64,000 nucleotides of DNA. Origin: a bacterium (lineage in GTDB: Bacteria; Patescibacteriota; Microgenomatia; Woykebacterales; RBG-16-39-9b). The notes below the pieces were generated by a model that saw only the letters and a list, made by a program, of their open reading frames with translations, was not told where the DNA came from and did not search any database. Both the position numbers and the translations under genes were made by a program. The stretch is taken from the NCBI GenBank assembly GCA_030704665.1, contig JAUYID010000009.1:394460-458459 (forward strand), given 5' to 3'. Shown here in pieces: positions 36,203 to 45,636 of this stretch (its first letter is position 1; every line of letters begins with the position of its first letter).

Positions 36203-36254
36203 GTCATCCTCGCGTAGGTGAGGATCTAGATTCTCAGTCAAGCTGAGAATGACA
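36203..36254. repeat. palindromic element variant (two short hairpins, GTCATCC...GAATGACA ends)
   Basis: GTCATCCTCGCGTAGGTGAGGATCTAGATTCTCAGTCAAGCTGAGAATGACA. Same architecture as the copy at 55517. Confidence 0.55.
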
Positions 36255-36260
36255 GCCTTA

Positions 36261-36959
36261 CTATTGAACTTGGGTGACGTCGTGAAGGATGATTTGACCA
36301 ACTTGCAGATCGACTTGGCGGGCTGGAATCGGAGTGTTTTGCAGATCAAAGCCCACTTTGGCAAAGGCGGTGTAGATGACGTTGTTGGTCAGAAGCGGTG
36401 GTAGAGTTTGCTGACCAAAAGTAGTTTTAAGAATATCAAGCTTAAAGACACCACTATCTACATTTATAGTCCCTTTTACTTTGATCGGAGCTGAGGTTGA
36501 AGATAGGTTGCCGGTGAAGACAAAGTTGTTGGAATCAAGGGTGAGATGAGGGTTGATGATATCAGTTTTAGTTTTCTCAAAATTCTCAGTCAGTAAAGCG
36601 TTGATTTCAGCTTCAGTAAAAGTGATTTCCGGTATTGATTGGCCGGCAGCAAGAGAGGCAATTTGGTCAGCTTTTTTTTGCGCGCTCTTGAGAGAATCGG
36701 CATTCGTCTCGACTTTGGCCGGAGTTTTAAACATAAGATTGGTTAAGACTGGGACTCGTACTAGTCCAGTGGAAGCAATAAAGTAAATGGTCAGCAAACC
36801 GATGATCGAGCCAAGGATGAGATTGCCGAGTAGCCAACCGGCGAGCATGAGGCGCAAAGTACGAAAACGTGGGGTTTTGCCTTTCTCACTTTTCGTAGTT
36901 TCAGCACTGGTGGGATTTAAAATGATTGGCTCAAGAACTGTTTCGGCAGAGTTTTCCAT
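36261..36959 (-). CDS. membrane-anchored hypothetical protein
   Basis: One TM helix followed by a beta-rich ectodomain. Confidence 0.4.
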   Translation of the reverse strand: MENSAETVLEPIILNPTSAETTKSEKGKTPRFRTLRLMLAGWLLGNLILGSIIGLLTIYFIASTGLVRVPVLTNLMFKTPAKVETNADSLKSAQKKADQIASLAAGQSIPEITFTEAEINALLTENFEKTKTDIINPHLTLDSNNFVFTGNLSSTSAPIKVKGTINVDSGVFKLDILKTTFGQQTLPPLLTNNVIYTAFAKVGFDLQNTPIPARQVDLQVGQIILHDVTQVQ

Positions 36960-37038
36960 TCTCGTCTTTAATCCTACCTTTCAAGGTCTCGGCCTGTCAA
37001 CTGCTTGATAAAAGTTGCTAAATTGTTACTATATAATC

Positions 37039-37395
37039 ATGCATGTTGCTGTTCGAGGTAAACATTTGGAAGAAAACGAAGCTTTGGAAAACCACGCTCT
37101 TGAAAAAGCAAAAAAGCTTTCTCGTTTCGCCAAAGACATCACTCGTCTGGAAATCGAGTTGATCAGTGAGCCGGCGCATCTAAAAAAAGAGGAGGACTAT
37201 ATTGTTGACGTCACTCTTCATGTCAGCGGGCATACCTTTCAGATCCGGGACTCAGAAAATGATATGTACAAGGCAATCGACAAAGCAATCGAGCGCATGA
37301 TTGAAACTCTGCGGCGAAGAAAAGAAAAGGAAGTTTTGGAGCCTCGGCGCAAGCAGAGCCAAGAAAAAAGGAAACTTCCAGTTGATTTAGCTTAG
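37039..37395 (+). CDS. hpf: ribosome hibernation promoting factor (HPF/RaiA)
   Basis: MHVAVRGKHLEENEALENHALEKAKKLSRF and HVSGHTFQ match the HPF family. Start set at the internal ATG, which is preceded by TTGATA...TATAAT. Confidence 0.8.
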   Translation: MHVAVRGKHLEENEALENHALEKAKKLSRFAKDITRLEIELISEPAHLKKEEDYIVDVTLHVSGHTFQIRDSENDMYKAIDKAIERMIETLRRRKEKEVLEPRRKQSQEKRKLPVDLA

Positions 37396-37992
37396 TTCAA
37401 TATAATCACTCTCAACTAAATTGCAAGCCTCGTCCAAAACAATTTTGGTGATTGAGCCGGTAGCTTTGTTGATCGCCTTTATTTCTTCAAGGGGCTGGTT
37501 TTTTAGTCTTAATTCAAGAGCACTGATCGGAAACTCGTGAGTAACACAGATAATTTGCCTGCCAGCATGCTTTTGGCAAATGCCGGCCGCGACTTGTTTC
37601 ATCCGTTCGGAAATTTGAGTCAGGTTTTCCCCTTGTAAGCTCGCCAGGCTATCGTTCATGAAATGCTCGTGTTCTTCGTTTTTTAAAGCTTCGTCGTACT
37701 TCAGGCTCTGCCAACCGATCATATTGACTTCGATCAAATCGTAGTCGTGAATAATATTTACTTTGGGCAAACTTTCCGAGATGATGTTGGCGGTTTCGTA
37801 GGTACGCTCCAGGGGCGAGGTGTAAATGATTTCGATTGGTTTGTCTTTGAAATATTCACCGAGTTTTTTGGCTTGCTCCCTCCCCTCACTACTTAAATGA
37901 AAACCAGGCATACGGCCATAATAGATTCCATTGGGATTTTCAGCTTGCGCGTGACGAACGAAATAGATTGTGGTTTTTGGTGATTCGGGCAT
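37387..37992 (-). CDS. histidine phosphatase (phosphoglycerate mutase-like) family protein
   Basis: IYFVRHAQAENP (RHG motif) and a downstream catalytic His region. Confidence 0.75.
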   Translation of the reverse strand: MPESPKTTIYFVRHAQAENPNGIYYGRMPGFHLSSEGREQAKKLGEYFKDKPIEIIYTSPLERTYETANIISESLPKVNIIHDYDLIEVNMIGWQSLKYDEALKNEEHEHFMNDSLASLQGENLTQISERMKQVAAGICQKHAGRQIICVTHEFPISALELRLKNQPLEEIKAINKATGSITKIVLDEACNLVESDYIELS

Positions 37993-38030
37993 TGGCTAAA
38001 TTGTCTCAGCAAAGTAAGCAAAAAGCAAGA

Positions 38031-38087
38031 AGACCAAAAACCGCGTGCAGTGCATCTTTCCTCAGTTGTTGCATCGATGCAGTGCAC
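38031..38087 (-). terminator. intrinsic terminator of the 38104 gene
   Basis: 12-bp imperfect stem GTGCAGTGCATC/GATGCAGTGCAC followed on the minus strand by GCGGTTTTTGG. Confidence 0.5.
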
Positions 38088-38103
38088 ACGGCTATTGGAC
38101 AGG

Positions 38104-39336
38104 TTAGTTGTTGTTCCTCCTCCTAAATTGCCTCATGAAAACATCTTCCGGCCGACCGATACGACGGCGAGGGCCCGGTTCTGGCAGAGGGTTGAGCATT
38201 TCACGTAGGCGTTTGTCGTTCCGTCGTGCTTCTGGTGAATCTTGTCCTGTCACCACGAAGTAAAAGACAGGGTGACCGTTTTCCGGTATCAACTGGGCCA
38301 GGGTTGACTCGAAATGCATCTCCCGAAAGGTGCGTAGCGCGTCCACCAGAAGACCCTTGCGATCCTGAGTTTTCAGGAACTCATAGCGGAGACCACCGCC
38401 AGTGATATCGCCATCTGCCTGGGCAAGCATCCGGAAGCGTCGACGCAGGGATCGGCGTGGCCCTCTCGGCATTTTGGGAAGCCGTTTCTTGATTCTGCGT
38501 TTGAACTCCTCGAGCCCAACACTCTCGACCAAGTCGTTTCTTATTCCCAGCAGAGCTCCGATTCTCTGGTCAATGATCTTGATTGTCTCCGGCCCTTCAT
38601 AGAGACCCTCTAGGTTGACATCAAGTTGGTGAGGGTCGAAGTAGCCTGACATAGCGTACTCACCTAGAAAGACCAGAGCGGCTGGGCCACCTGCCACTTC
38701 AATGGCCTGGTGGAAAGGAAAACCGGCGTGTTTTTGCACTTCTGCCGATTCCAGTGCCCCAAGCCACTTTGAGTTCTGGGAAGCTCCGGTGAGAACGTTG
38801 TGGATCTCGAGATCAACATCGAAGACTGTCATCACCTTTCTCGCCTGGAGGTACAAGATAAAGTGAATAACCTCCTCTGGTGTTGGGCCTCCCTTCTGGA
38901 CTTTGGGCTCAACCAAGTAGCCAAGTAGTCCAGGTCTGCCTCGTGGTTTGGCTCCAGAGCCTTTGATAAGGTGACAGAATGCCAAACCAACTCCAAGTTC
39001 GCTAGCCAGATCAATTTGTTCGTCAGCCAGAGCCATGACCGAGTTTGGAACCGGAACGGTGGATCCAATGACGATGACCGTACCGGCCCGTACTACTGGC
39101 AGAATATCAGCAATGATGTGCCAGGTTTCTGCCATTGGCATGACAAAGATCCAGATCAGATCCGCACCCGCAGCAGCTTCGCGATTGCTCAGAGAGCTGC
39201 TGTCAGCTGGATCCGACTTGAACAACGGTATCCCGAGCTCTTCATGCCAGGGATTGATGTCTGCTTTTGCCATGGAGCTTGAACTGCCGATGACAGCAAC
39301 AGATTTGGGTATCCAGGTTGGAACCTTGAGTGCCAA
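38104..39336 (-). CDS. hypothetical protein with Rossmann-like N-terminus and ACT-like C-terminus (TyrA-like?)
   Basis: VAVIGSSSSMAKA glycine-rich loop and a C-terminal VFYFVVTGQDSPEARR ACT-like segment. GC-rich. Confidence 0.35.
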   Translation of the reverse strand: MALKVPTWIPKSVAVIGSSSSMAKADINPWHEELGIPLFKSDPADSSSLSNREAAAGADLIWIFVMPMAETWHIIADILPVVRAGTVIVIGSTVPVPNSVMALADEQIDLASELGVGLAFCHLIKGSGAKPRGRPGLLGYLVEPKVQKGGPTPEEVIHFILYLQARKVMTVFDVDLEIHNVLTGASQNSKWLGALESAEVQKHAGFPFHQAIEVAGGPAALVFLGEYAMSGYFDPHQLDVNLEGLYEGPETIKIIDQRIGALLGIRNDLVESVGLEEFKRRIKKRLPKMPRGPRRSLRRRFRMLAQADGDITGGGLRYEFLKTQDRKGLLVDALRTFREMHFESTLAQLIPENGHPVFYFVVTGQDSPEARRNDKRLREMLNPLPEPGPRRRIGRPEDVFMRQFRRRNNN

Positions 39337-39453
39337 GGATCTCCTCCTCTCTAGTGAGTTTCACACTCACAGTTTAAGCCATCCTTGGCTGATTGGCTCG
39401 TTGGCCGGAAGTTTACTCTAGATTCGATTGTCAGTCAAATAGGGAGAGGATAG

Positions 39454-39594
39454 TTAGGTATTGGGAAGAAGACGAATGCTCAAAAAAATTCCACCGAAGA
39501 TTAAAATCAAAAGACCAAGGAAAATTAGGAGTCCCCAAAAAAGTGGATGGGCAAAGACATTGTCACTCCCAGAAGAGTGGTGTTCTGAGCTCAT
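39454..39594 (-). CDS. small 2-TM membrane peptide (46 aa), translationally coupled to the cupin gene
   Basis: Its ATG overlaps the cupin TGA (ATGA). SD GAAGGA. AHPLFWGLLIFLGLLILIFGGIFL. Confidence 0.35.
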   Translation of the reverse strand: MSSEHHSSGSDNVFAHPLFWGLLIFLGLLILIFGGIFLSIRLLPNT

Positions 39595-39953
39595 AGCCGT
39601 CCTTCTTCGCTCTTAAAATCCTTTTCTGGTCCGGAAGGAGAGAAAATCCAGAGTTGAGTAAAATTTTCAGTTGAGTTGTTCTCGTGACGATGGGTGGTAC
39701 CAGCAGGTAAATGGATACAGTCCCCTTCTTCAAGTTGAAAACGCTCTTCATCGTTCACTACGACGGTGGTACGGCCTTCAATAATATAGAGAGTTTCATC
39801 TACTTCTCGGGTGTGGTTTTCAGTTTTTTGACCTGGTTGGAAAGTGATTGAGCCGATACTGAGAGACTCTACCTCATCGACAAAAATTGCCACTTCAGTT
39901 TCAGCAGGGCCAATCGCTTTTTTACCCTGACCGCGCTTAACTACTTTCACCAT
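39591..39953 (-). CDS. cupin-domain protein
   Basis: Two cupin motifs (HTREVDETLYIIEG and GDCIHLPAGTTHR). Confidence 0.65.
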   Translation of the reverse strand: MVKVVKRGQGKKAIGPAETEVAIFVDEVESLSIGSITFQPGQKTENHTREVDETLYIIEGRTTVVVNDEERFQLEEGDCIHLPAGTTHRHENNSTENFTQLWIFSPSGPEKDFKSEEGRL

Positions 39954-40083
39954 AACTTTATTATTAAAAACTTTAGCTGCGAAAGCAAGTTTGGTTTCTG
40001 AACCAACAAAATAATTAAATTGTTCGCTATATCGTGTTAAAACTAAAGGAAAAGGAATAATTAGTTTGTCTTAAAGAAGAAAA

Positions 40084-41037
40084 CTACTTCCCTGTTTTGA
40101 AAATGACGGGAATAACGATTTTGTTTTGCTCCTTACCATCCTTGGCAGAGATTGTGAAAATTTCTATACTCCCCTGCTTTGTGCTTGGCTTTTTGTATTT
40201 GACAGTCTTGGAAAAATTCGACAGTTCCTGACCGACGGCGGTCTTGGTCGTGGTGCTGATGAGAATATTGCCGTCTTTATCTTTGATACGCAGGTTGATA
40301 ACTGCCTCGAAGACCTCGCCTTGACCACGAATTGTGACTGGGTTGGCGATAGTGTCTCCTGTCCACGGTGTCTCGACGATGAACATGCCGCTGCTTGACC
40401 AAGGCGGATCAGAGGTTCCTTCCAGGAAACGAAGGTTGTCCAAGAGAGCTTGGAGAAAGGAAGAATCAGTCGCGAAGTTTTTGATTTCCGAAGTAAATTT
40501 AAAACTAAAATGTCTTTTGAACTTGGTTAGGCTCACTACTTCAGTGCGGAAGCCAGGTTTTTTCGGGGTATTGTAAACAGCCTTTTCTGCCTCAGTTCCA
40601 GCAACTTTTAGGCTTTGCGTTTTGACGATATCAAGATTGCTGCTGACTTGGACGAGTGCAGGAGGCGCGACTTCAATTGAAACTGCCGAGGCAGAAGCAG
40701 TTGCCTGCTTTGCGCTTTGCGTAGCGACAAAAACTGATTTGAGCTCTAGAGTCAAACTTGTTCCGTTTTGGGCTTTGGAGGTGTCTTTGATTTCCTCGAC
40801 ACTACGTAGACAGAGCTGGTAGCCTTGTTTTTTGTTTTGGTAAACTACCCCACCTTGGCAGTAAGGCGTTGCTGAGTCGGTTGCGGTTTTGGGTGATTTG
40901 TTTTCCGGCAAAACCCTTTTGTTTTGCACAACATCAATAGCCCAGGCGAGAGCACCGACCACCAAAAGCATGCCGAAAGCGATGATCACAATTTCACGTT
41001 TGCGCAGGCGGATATTTTGTTTTGGTGGCGTTTCCAT
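40084..41037 (-). CDS. membrane-anchored secreted protein with C-terminal Ig-like/GerMN-like domain
   Basis: N-terminal TM helix and a C-terminal beta domain (TIRGQGEVFEAVINLRIKDKDGNIL). Confidence 0.4.
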   Translation of the reverse strand: METPPKQNIRLRKREIVIIAFGMLLVVGALAWAIDVVQNKRVLPENKSPKTATDSATPYCQGGVVYQNKKQGYQLCLRSVEEIKDTSKAQNGTSLTLELKSVFVATQSAKQATASASAVSIEVAPPALVQVSSNLDIVKTQSLKVAGTEAEKAVYNTPKKPGFRTEVVSLTKFKRHFSFKFTSEIKNFATDSSFLQALLDNLRFLEGTSDPPWSSSGMFIVETPWTGDTIANPVTIRGQGEVFEAVINLRIKDKDGNILISTTTKTAVGQELSNFSKTVKYKKPSTKQGSIEIFTISAKDGKEQNKIVIPVIFKTGK

Positions 41038-41041
41038 TTGT

Positions 41042-41416
41042 TTAGACGACCCAACTTTCCAGTTTAAAGAAAATTTGAAAAAGACTGCTTAAAAGCAAAA
41101 CTACCACTGGAATGAGGAGGTAATAAAAATAAAACGGATGTTCAAGAATCGGAGTTAGGAAAGGCACGACACTGAAGGCAAAGAGCAGAAAAGGCAGGAC
41201 CAAAAGAATGATGGCAAACTGGACAGCCGCACGTAAGGTCGGGAAAGTGCGGTGAATGAAACTTTCAAAAACGAGCCATTGTAGTAGCGTCCGGCTGAAA
41301 AGAAAAACGAGAATAAAAGCCCCCAGATTGGGCTGATAGTTGGTACCAAACTGCAAAGCAGTGGCTGAGGCAAAGATAACTGTCAAACAGTCAATAAAAA
41401 CAAAAATATATTTCAT
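41042..41416 (-). CDS. small polytopic membrane protein
   Basis: The first ATG of the track ORF is contributed by the inverted-repeat element (ATGACA), so the start is set at the downstream MKYIFV. Confidence 0.35.
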   Translation of the reverse strand: MKYIFVFIDCLTVIFASATALQFGTNYQPNLGAFILVFLFSRTLLQWLVFESFIHRTFPTLRAAVQFAIILLVLPFLLFAFSVVPFLTPILEHPFYFYYLLIPVVVLLLSSLFQIFFKLESWVV

Positions 41417-41428
41417 GGCAGTAGTAAA

Positions 41429-41529
41429 TGTCATCCTGAACTTGGTTCAGGATCTAGAGATTCCGAAACGAGTCTTCGACCGTGAGCTCAGACCGAATCG
41501 GTTCGGAATGACACAAGGACGGGATGACA
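41429..41529. repeat. composite palindromic element (two nested hairpins with TGTCATCC...GGGATGACA ends)
   Basis: ATCCTGAAC/GTTCAGGAT and ATTCCGAAC/GTTCGGAAT stems. Confidence 0.55.
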
Positions 41530-41812
41530 AGTATTAAGCAAGTCCCTTTTTATCTTAAACTAAGAAGTCCAAAACAAGCAAGAATTACAATCTTTCTGGA
41601 AACTTTGCTATCTTTCTGTTGCTTGTTTGTTGCAGGCTTTTGAAAAAAGGTGTAAAAAATTTCTCGCAGCTCATCTCTGCACCAAACCGCAAGGTTTGGA
41701 GGACAGAGTAAAATCTGGACGGCAAGGTGGGCTGCATCAAGAAAACGATCTGAAAGTTTCGTAATAGCAATATTATGAAAAAAGAAGGTCGTTTTCTTTT
41801 GTTTTCAATGAC

Positions 41813-42211
41813 TCACTTCTGAATTTGTGGGATAGAACTTTGAGGAATTTTGCGGACTTTGACTTTTTTAAAGCCCAAAGAGCTTAGTTTAGCGAGTCGA
41901 TGCAGACCATCAAGTAGGAGCCACCGATTTTTCCAAAACATGATATCAAGTGGGTGTGTTAAATCCGCTGTTTCAACTCTAGCGAGGTGTTCTTTGTGCT
42001 TCTCGGGATGAGCAAGAACCTCACTGGGTTTCAAATCATAAAACCCATTAGTTGAGCCCCAAAACGGTATTTCGAAGTGCCAAGAAAGTTCGCCTATATC
42101 CATTTCTTCTACTGGTATATTTAAGGTCCAGACTTTGCCTTCGTCCCAAGAAAAATCAAAGCCAACTTCTTTAATTATTTTTGGTAGTTGTTTTTCAGTC
42201 ATGATTGCCAA
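41813..42211 (-). CDS. hypothetical protein, possibly ParB/Srx-fold
   Basis: LLLDGLHRLAKL resembles the DGHHR motif of ParB/sulfiredoxin domains. Confidence 0.3.
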   Translation of the reverse strand: MAIMTEKQLPKIIKEVGFDFSWDEGKVWTLNIPVEEMDIGELSWHFEIPFWGSTNGFYDLKPSEVLAHPEKHKEHLARVETADLTHPLDIMFWKNRWLLLDGLHRLAKLSSLGFKKVKVRKIPQSSIPQIQK

Positions 42212-42840
42212 CCGTACTTGCCGAGAAGAGGGACAAAATAAACTAGACCATGGCTAGTTTTTTCCAATCCGCCCGCGGTTTTAACTACTTTGGTGAGTTC
42301 TTGCTCCTGCCTACTTCCGACAGGAATGACGAGTCGGCCACCAACTTTGAGTTGTTCGACGAGATTTTGCGGGATTGTTGGAGAAGCAGCAGTGACGATG
42401 ATTGCTTCGTAAAGTGCCTCAGGATTGTAGCCCTCCGAGCCGTCACCGACAACTACCGTGACATTATCAATTCCTAGTTTCATCAAACGCAATTCGGCGC
42501 TCGCTGCTAGCTCTCGTTCATACTCAACAGTAAAAACCTGCCGAGCTAGTTGGGCGAGAATCGCAGCTTGGTAGCCGCTGCCGGTGCCAATTTCGAGGAC
42601 TTTGTCGCTTGCCTTCAAATCCAGAAGATCCGTCATCAGAGCAACGAGGGAAGGTTGGGAGATAGTTTGTCCTTTGCCAATGCCCAGGGCTTGGTCAGAA
42701 TAAGCAGCCTCTCGCAGCTCTGCGGGAACAAATTTGTCTCTGGGGAGGCGCGACATCGCGTCAAGGACCGGCTTACTTATCGGTAAGTGAAAAGAACCGA
42801 CCATGTACTGTGCTTGTTTAACTTTGGGAAGAACTCTCAT
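42199..42840 (-). CDS. pcm: protein-L-isoaspartate O-methyltransferase
   Basis: GQTISQPSLVALMTDLL and VLEIGTGSGYQAAILA are PIMT signature motifs. Confidence 0.85.
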   Translation of the reverse strand: MRVLPKVKQAQYMVGSFHLPISKPVLDAMSRLPRDKFVPAELREAAYSDQALGIGKGQTISQPSLVALMTDLLDLKASDKVLEIGTGSGYQAAILAQLARQVFTVEYERELAASAELRLMKLGIDNVTVVVGDGSEGYNPEALYEAIIVTAASPTIPQNLVEQLKVGGRLVIPVGSRQEQELTKVVKTAGGLEKTSHGLVYFVPLLGKYGWQS

Positions 42841-42856
42841 TTCTAAAAATAACTTT

Positions 42857-43654
42857 TTAAGAATCTTGACTAGCTAGTTCAACTGCGCCAACGAGGGTCG
42901 AATCGGCACCAAGAGCAGGGATGGCGATCAGAGGCAGCGGGTAAATTGTCAGAAAATCGCGGATTTTTTCTACCAAAGGCTCGAAGAAAGCCTCTTTGTT
43001 GGTGGTCAGTCCCCCGCCAATTATTACAACCTCCGGTGAGAAGTGAACGATTGAATTGGTAATGCCGCGGGCGAGTCGTTCCAAGACTTTGTCCCAGTCG
43101 GGAGTACCAACGATTTCGGCTGGGTCTTTGCCGTAAAGCTCTTTTAGGCCTGTACCAGAAGAAAGTTTTTCCAAATTTTTGTTAACACCGGTGACGATTT
43201 GCTGACCACCTTCAGGATTGTAGACTCCTTTGTAGATTTGGCCGCCCGCGACTAGACCAGTACCAATTCCGGTACTGACGGTGTAATAAAGGACTGGATC
43301 CTTCTCTTTTCCAGATCCGTAAAGCGATTCCGCCAAAGCTGCCAAAGAAGCGTCATGCTCAACTTTGACTTCAAGATCAAGTTCTTGGGAAAGAATTTCG
43401 CGCAAAGGTTGGTCGCGCCAAGTTGGGAGGTTCGGCAGGGCGCGTAGCAAACCAGTTTTGGTTTCGATCGGTCCAGGAATGGCCACCCCGACTTGAGCTT
43501 TTTGGTCCCCCGCCACTTCTCGAACACGACTGACAATTTCTCGTAGAGTTTCTTTAAATTCGAGAGTGGGAAAATCAAACTTCTTGTCAACTTTTCCAAG
43601 ATTTCCAGTCGCTATACGAGTGTGAGTGCCACCGATGTCAATACCGATGTTCAT
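42857..43654 (-). CDS. ROK-family sugar kinase/regulator
   Basis: MNIGIDIGGTHTRIA N-terminal ATPase motif and ROK-type central region. The start codon abuts the TIR of the GIY-YIG element. Confidence 0.8.
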   Translation of the reverse strand: MNIGIDIGGTHTRIATGNLGKVDKKFDFPTLEFKETLREIVSRVREVAGDQKAQVGVAIPGPIETKTGLLRALPNLPTWRDQPLREILSQELDLEVKVEHDASLAALAESLYGSGKEKDPVLYYTVSTGIGTGLVAGGQIYKGVYNPEGGQQIVTGVNKNLEKLSSGTGLKELYGKDPAEIVGTPDWDKVLERLARGITNSIVHFSPEVVIIGGGLTTNKEAFFEPLVEKIRDFLTIYPLPLIAIPALGADSTLVGAVELASQDS

Positions 43655-43659
43655 AGTGC

Positions 43660-43992
43660 TGTCATCCTGAGTGACTAGCGAAGGATCTCTTCTGCTAAGT
43701 CATTCAAATTAGGGTTTTTAGCTTGAATTAAATTTATCTTTTTAATTCTTAGCCAGCCTTTAATCTTCTTTTCTGCTCTCAAAGCGTCCTCAACATTGTT
43801 AAATTCTTCAAAGAAGATCAGCTTAGTTAGATTGTACCTCTTTGTAAACCCCTCAATCAATTCGCCTTTATGCTCCAAAACTCTCCGCTCCAGGTTGTTT
43901 GTTACTCCTGTGTACAGGGAAGTATTAGTTTTGTTAGTTAAAATATAAACGTAATAACCCACTAGATTCTTCGCCTTTAGCTCAGAATGACA
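43660..43992 (-). mobile_element. second GIY-YIG element bounded by TIRs
   Basis: Left arm TGTCATCCTGAGTGACTAGCGAAGGATCTC, right arm TAGATTCTTCGCCTTTAGCTCAGAATGACA. The ORF spans from the right arm (GTG start) to the left arm (EEILR, stop). Confidence 0.7.
43675..43962 (-). CDS. GIY-YIG nuclease-family protein (95 aa), paralogue of 30522..30809
   Basis: GYYVYILTNKTNTSLYTGVTNNLERRVLEHK; about 65 percent identical to the first copy. GTG start. Confidence 0.85.
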   Translation of the reverse strand: MGYYVYILTNKTNTSLYTGVTNNLERRVLEHKGELIEGFTKRYNLTKLIFFEEFNNVEDALRAEKKIKGWLRIKKINLIQAKNPNLNDLAEEILR

Positions 43993-44013
43993 CCCCTTTT
44001 TTACCAGGGGAGT

Positions 44014-44706
44014 TTATTTCACGGTAATTGGAAAGGTTTGCTCTTCGTAGAAAAAGGTGTAGTTTTTAGTGCTTTTCGGTAGAGACCCAAAAGCTATCTC
44101 ACCACTGATAGTCTCGCCTGGTTGCACACCTTGGTCCGGAATTCGGGTGAACCCAGTCGGTTTGGTGGTGCAATCGGCGGCTCCACCTTCAGTACAGACG
44201 GTTGTCGGTGGGTCGTAAGGGTTGCCGTAGGTGTGGTTTTGGGCATCCTTAAGCTTCATGGCGAACTTTGAATAGTAAAGAGGTTGGTCGGTGTTGTTTT
44301 TGATGTCCAAAGACATGATTATCTCGAGAGTGTCATCATCAGCCAGGTTCATAGGATCATCCCATTCTTTGACACTGTTTATTGTGATTGTTAGACTGCC
44401 TATTTCCTGATTGGCACTAGCGGTTGCCTCACGCAAGGCTTTGTCGAGGAAAGCGACTTTGGCAGCTAGATCGGCGTTCTTTTTTTCAACTTTGTTCAGC
44501 TTGTCGAGCTGTGAAGTGAGAGAGTCAACTTTGCTGTTGAGGTCCTTTTTGTCTTGGCTCAAACCAGCGACAAGCCCCTGCTGCCAAAGATAAACTGCAA
44601 TCGCAGCTATTAAAGCGAGAAAAATTGAAACAGCAGCGGTGATGAGAAGGGGTTTTTTGTTCTTGGGAGTTTTGGGCTGGCTCAGGTCAACTGTCTCCAT
44701 GGGCAA
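44014..44706 (-). CDS. membrane-anchored coiled-coil protein with C-terminal DUF4352-like beta domain
   Basis: TM helix, a coiled coil (LNSKVDSLTSQLDKLNKVEKKNADLAAKVAFLDKAL) and then a beta-rich domain. Confidence 0.45.
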   Translation of the reverse strand: MPMETVDLSQPKTPKNKKPLLITAAVSIFLALIAAIAVYLWQQGLVAGLSQDKKDLNSKVDSLTSQLDKLNKVEKKNADLAAKVAFLDKALREATASANQEIGSLTITINSVKEWDDPMNLADDDTLEIIMSLDIKNNTDQPLYYSKFAMKLKDAQNHTYGNPYDPPTTVCTEGGAADCTTKPTGFTRIPDQGVQPGETISGEIAFGSLPKSTKNYTFFYEEQTFPITVK

Positions 44707-44755
44707 AAACGATTATGCTTTATTAGCTAAGTCTTGTCAATGGAAGTTGAGAGTC

Positions 44756-45343
44756 TTATTCGGGTTGATCAACTTTAAGAGCTCGGTGCTCTTCTCGGAT
44801 GTGATGACGATCTTGCCGCAGATCAGCAATCAGACCGCCGATGAGCTTGTCAGGATCAGTATCGTAAATGATAGAACACTGATGTTTGTGGGCGATTTCA
44901 GTCAGTTCTTTGATTTCGTCAGCCATGCCTCCAGTCTCTTCCAAAACAGCCAAGGGTTTACGGTCTTCAAAGGCAACGGTAAATTCGTTCAAAGTCCCCA
45001 TCCGCCCGCCGATGGTGACGACCGCATCAGCCGAGCGCGTCAAAATCAAATTTCGTCCAGAGTAACCAAAACCAGTGTAAACAATGAGATCGAAATAATT
45101 GACCGGCAGGTGGTAGCGGTAAACGTGGTCTTGGTAAGTTGAAGCTGGTGAAAAGCCGATGCTAATACCCTTCGCTTCTTTGCAGCCAACGGCAGCGTAG
45201 TGCGGTAGGCCGGTAGTAGCACCGGTGATGAGGATACAATCTCGGGCAGCAATGGCACGGCCAAGTTCTTTAGCCTTTTCGGCGTTGTCGCGGTTTAGAG
45301 TTTCTCCGGCGGCAGCACCGGAAACGCAAATCTTGAATTTCAT
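44756..45343 (-). CDS. LOG/TIGR00725-family Rossmann-fold protein
   Basis: VTIGGRMGTLNEF matches the GGxGTxxE motif of LOG/SLOG proteins. Confidence 0.6.
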   Translation of the reverse strand: MKFKICVSGAAAGETLNRDNAEKAKELGRAIAARDCILITGATTGLPHYAAVGCKEAKGISIGFSPASTYQDHVYRYHLPVNYFDLIVYTGFGYSGRNLILTRSADAVVTIGGRMGTLNEFTVAFEDRKPLAVLEETGGMADEIKELTEIAHKHQCSIIYDTDPDKLIGGLIADLRQDRHHIREEHRALKVDQPE

Positions 45344-45404
45344 GGGCAGTACTTAAAATAACTTTACCACAATTTGGCTTTTTGGGAAAAACTAAAGTCG
45401 TAGC

Positions 45405-45566
45405 TGTCACTCTGAGCGTTGAGCGAAGAATCTCTTTCTCTACTTCTTTTGCTTGTCCAAAAAGAAGTAGACAAGAAAAAGACACCCTAGAGCTGCGTCA
45501 GCTGTTGCACTAAAAGCAAAAAGACTTCGGGACTTCCTCTGGAATTCTCTCACTTCGTTCGGTCAG
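45405..45566. repeat. extended TIR-derived element (left arm, internal hairpin, degenerate right arm)
   Basis: TGTCACTCTGAGCGTTGAGCGAAGAATCTC, then the hairpin CTACTTCTTTTGCTTGTCCAAAAAGAAGTAG, then ...ATTCTCTCACTTCGTTCGGTCAG. Confidence 0.5.
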
Positions 45567-45636
45567 TTCCAGTTTCCTCTTTGTCTTTTTGCTAGTTCAA
45601 AGACGCTGTCTTCGCTAAGGCAATTTAACTTAAACG

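Noticed and set aside
37893-38087. 64-aa minus-strand ORF
   Set aside because: It lies across the terminator hairpin and the 5' end of the histidine-phosphatase gene, and has no RBS.
42857-43654. ROK gene as part of the GIY-YIG element
   Set aside because: Its coding sequence lies entirely outside the inverted repeats. Only its upstream 5 nt abut the TIR.
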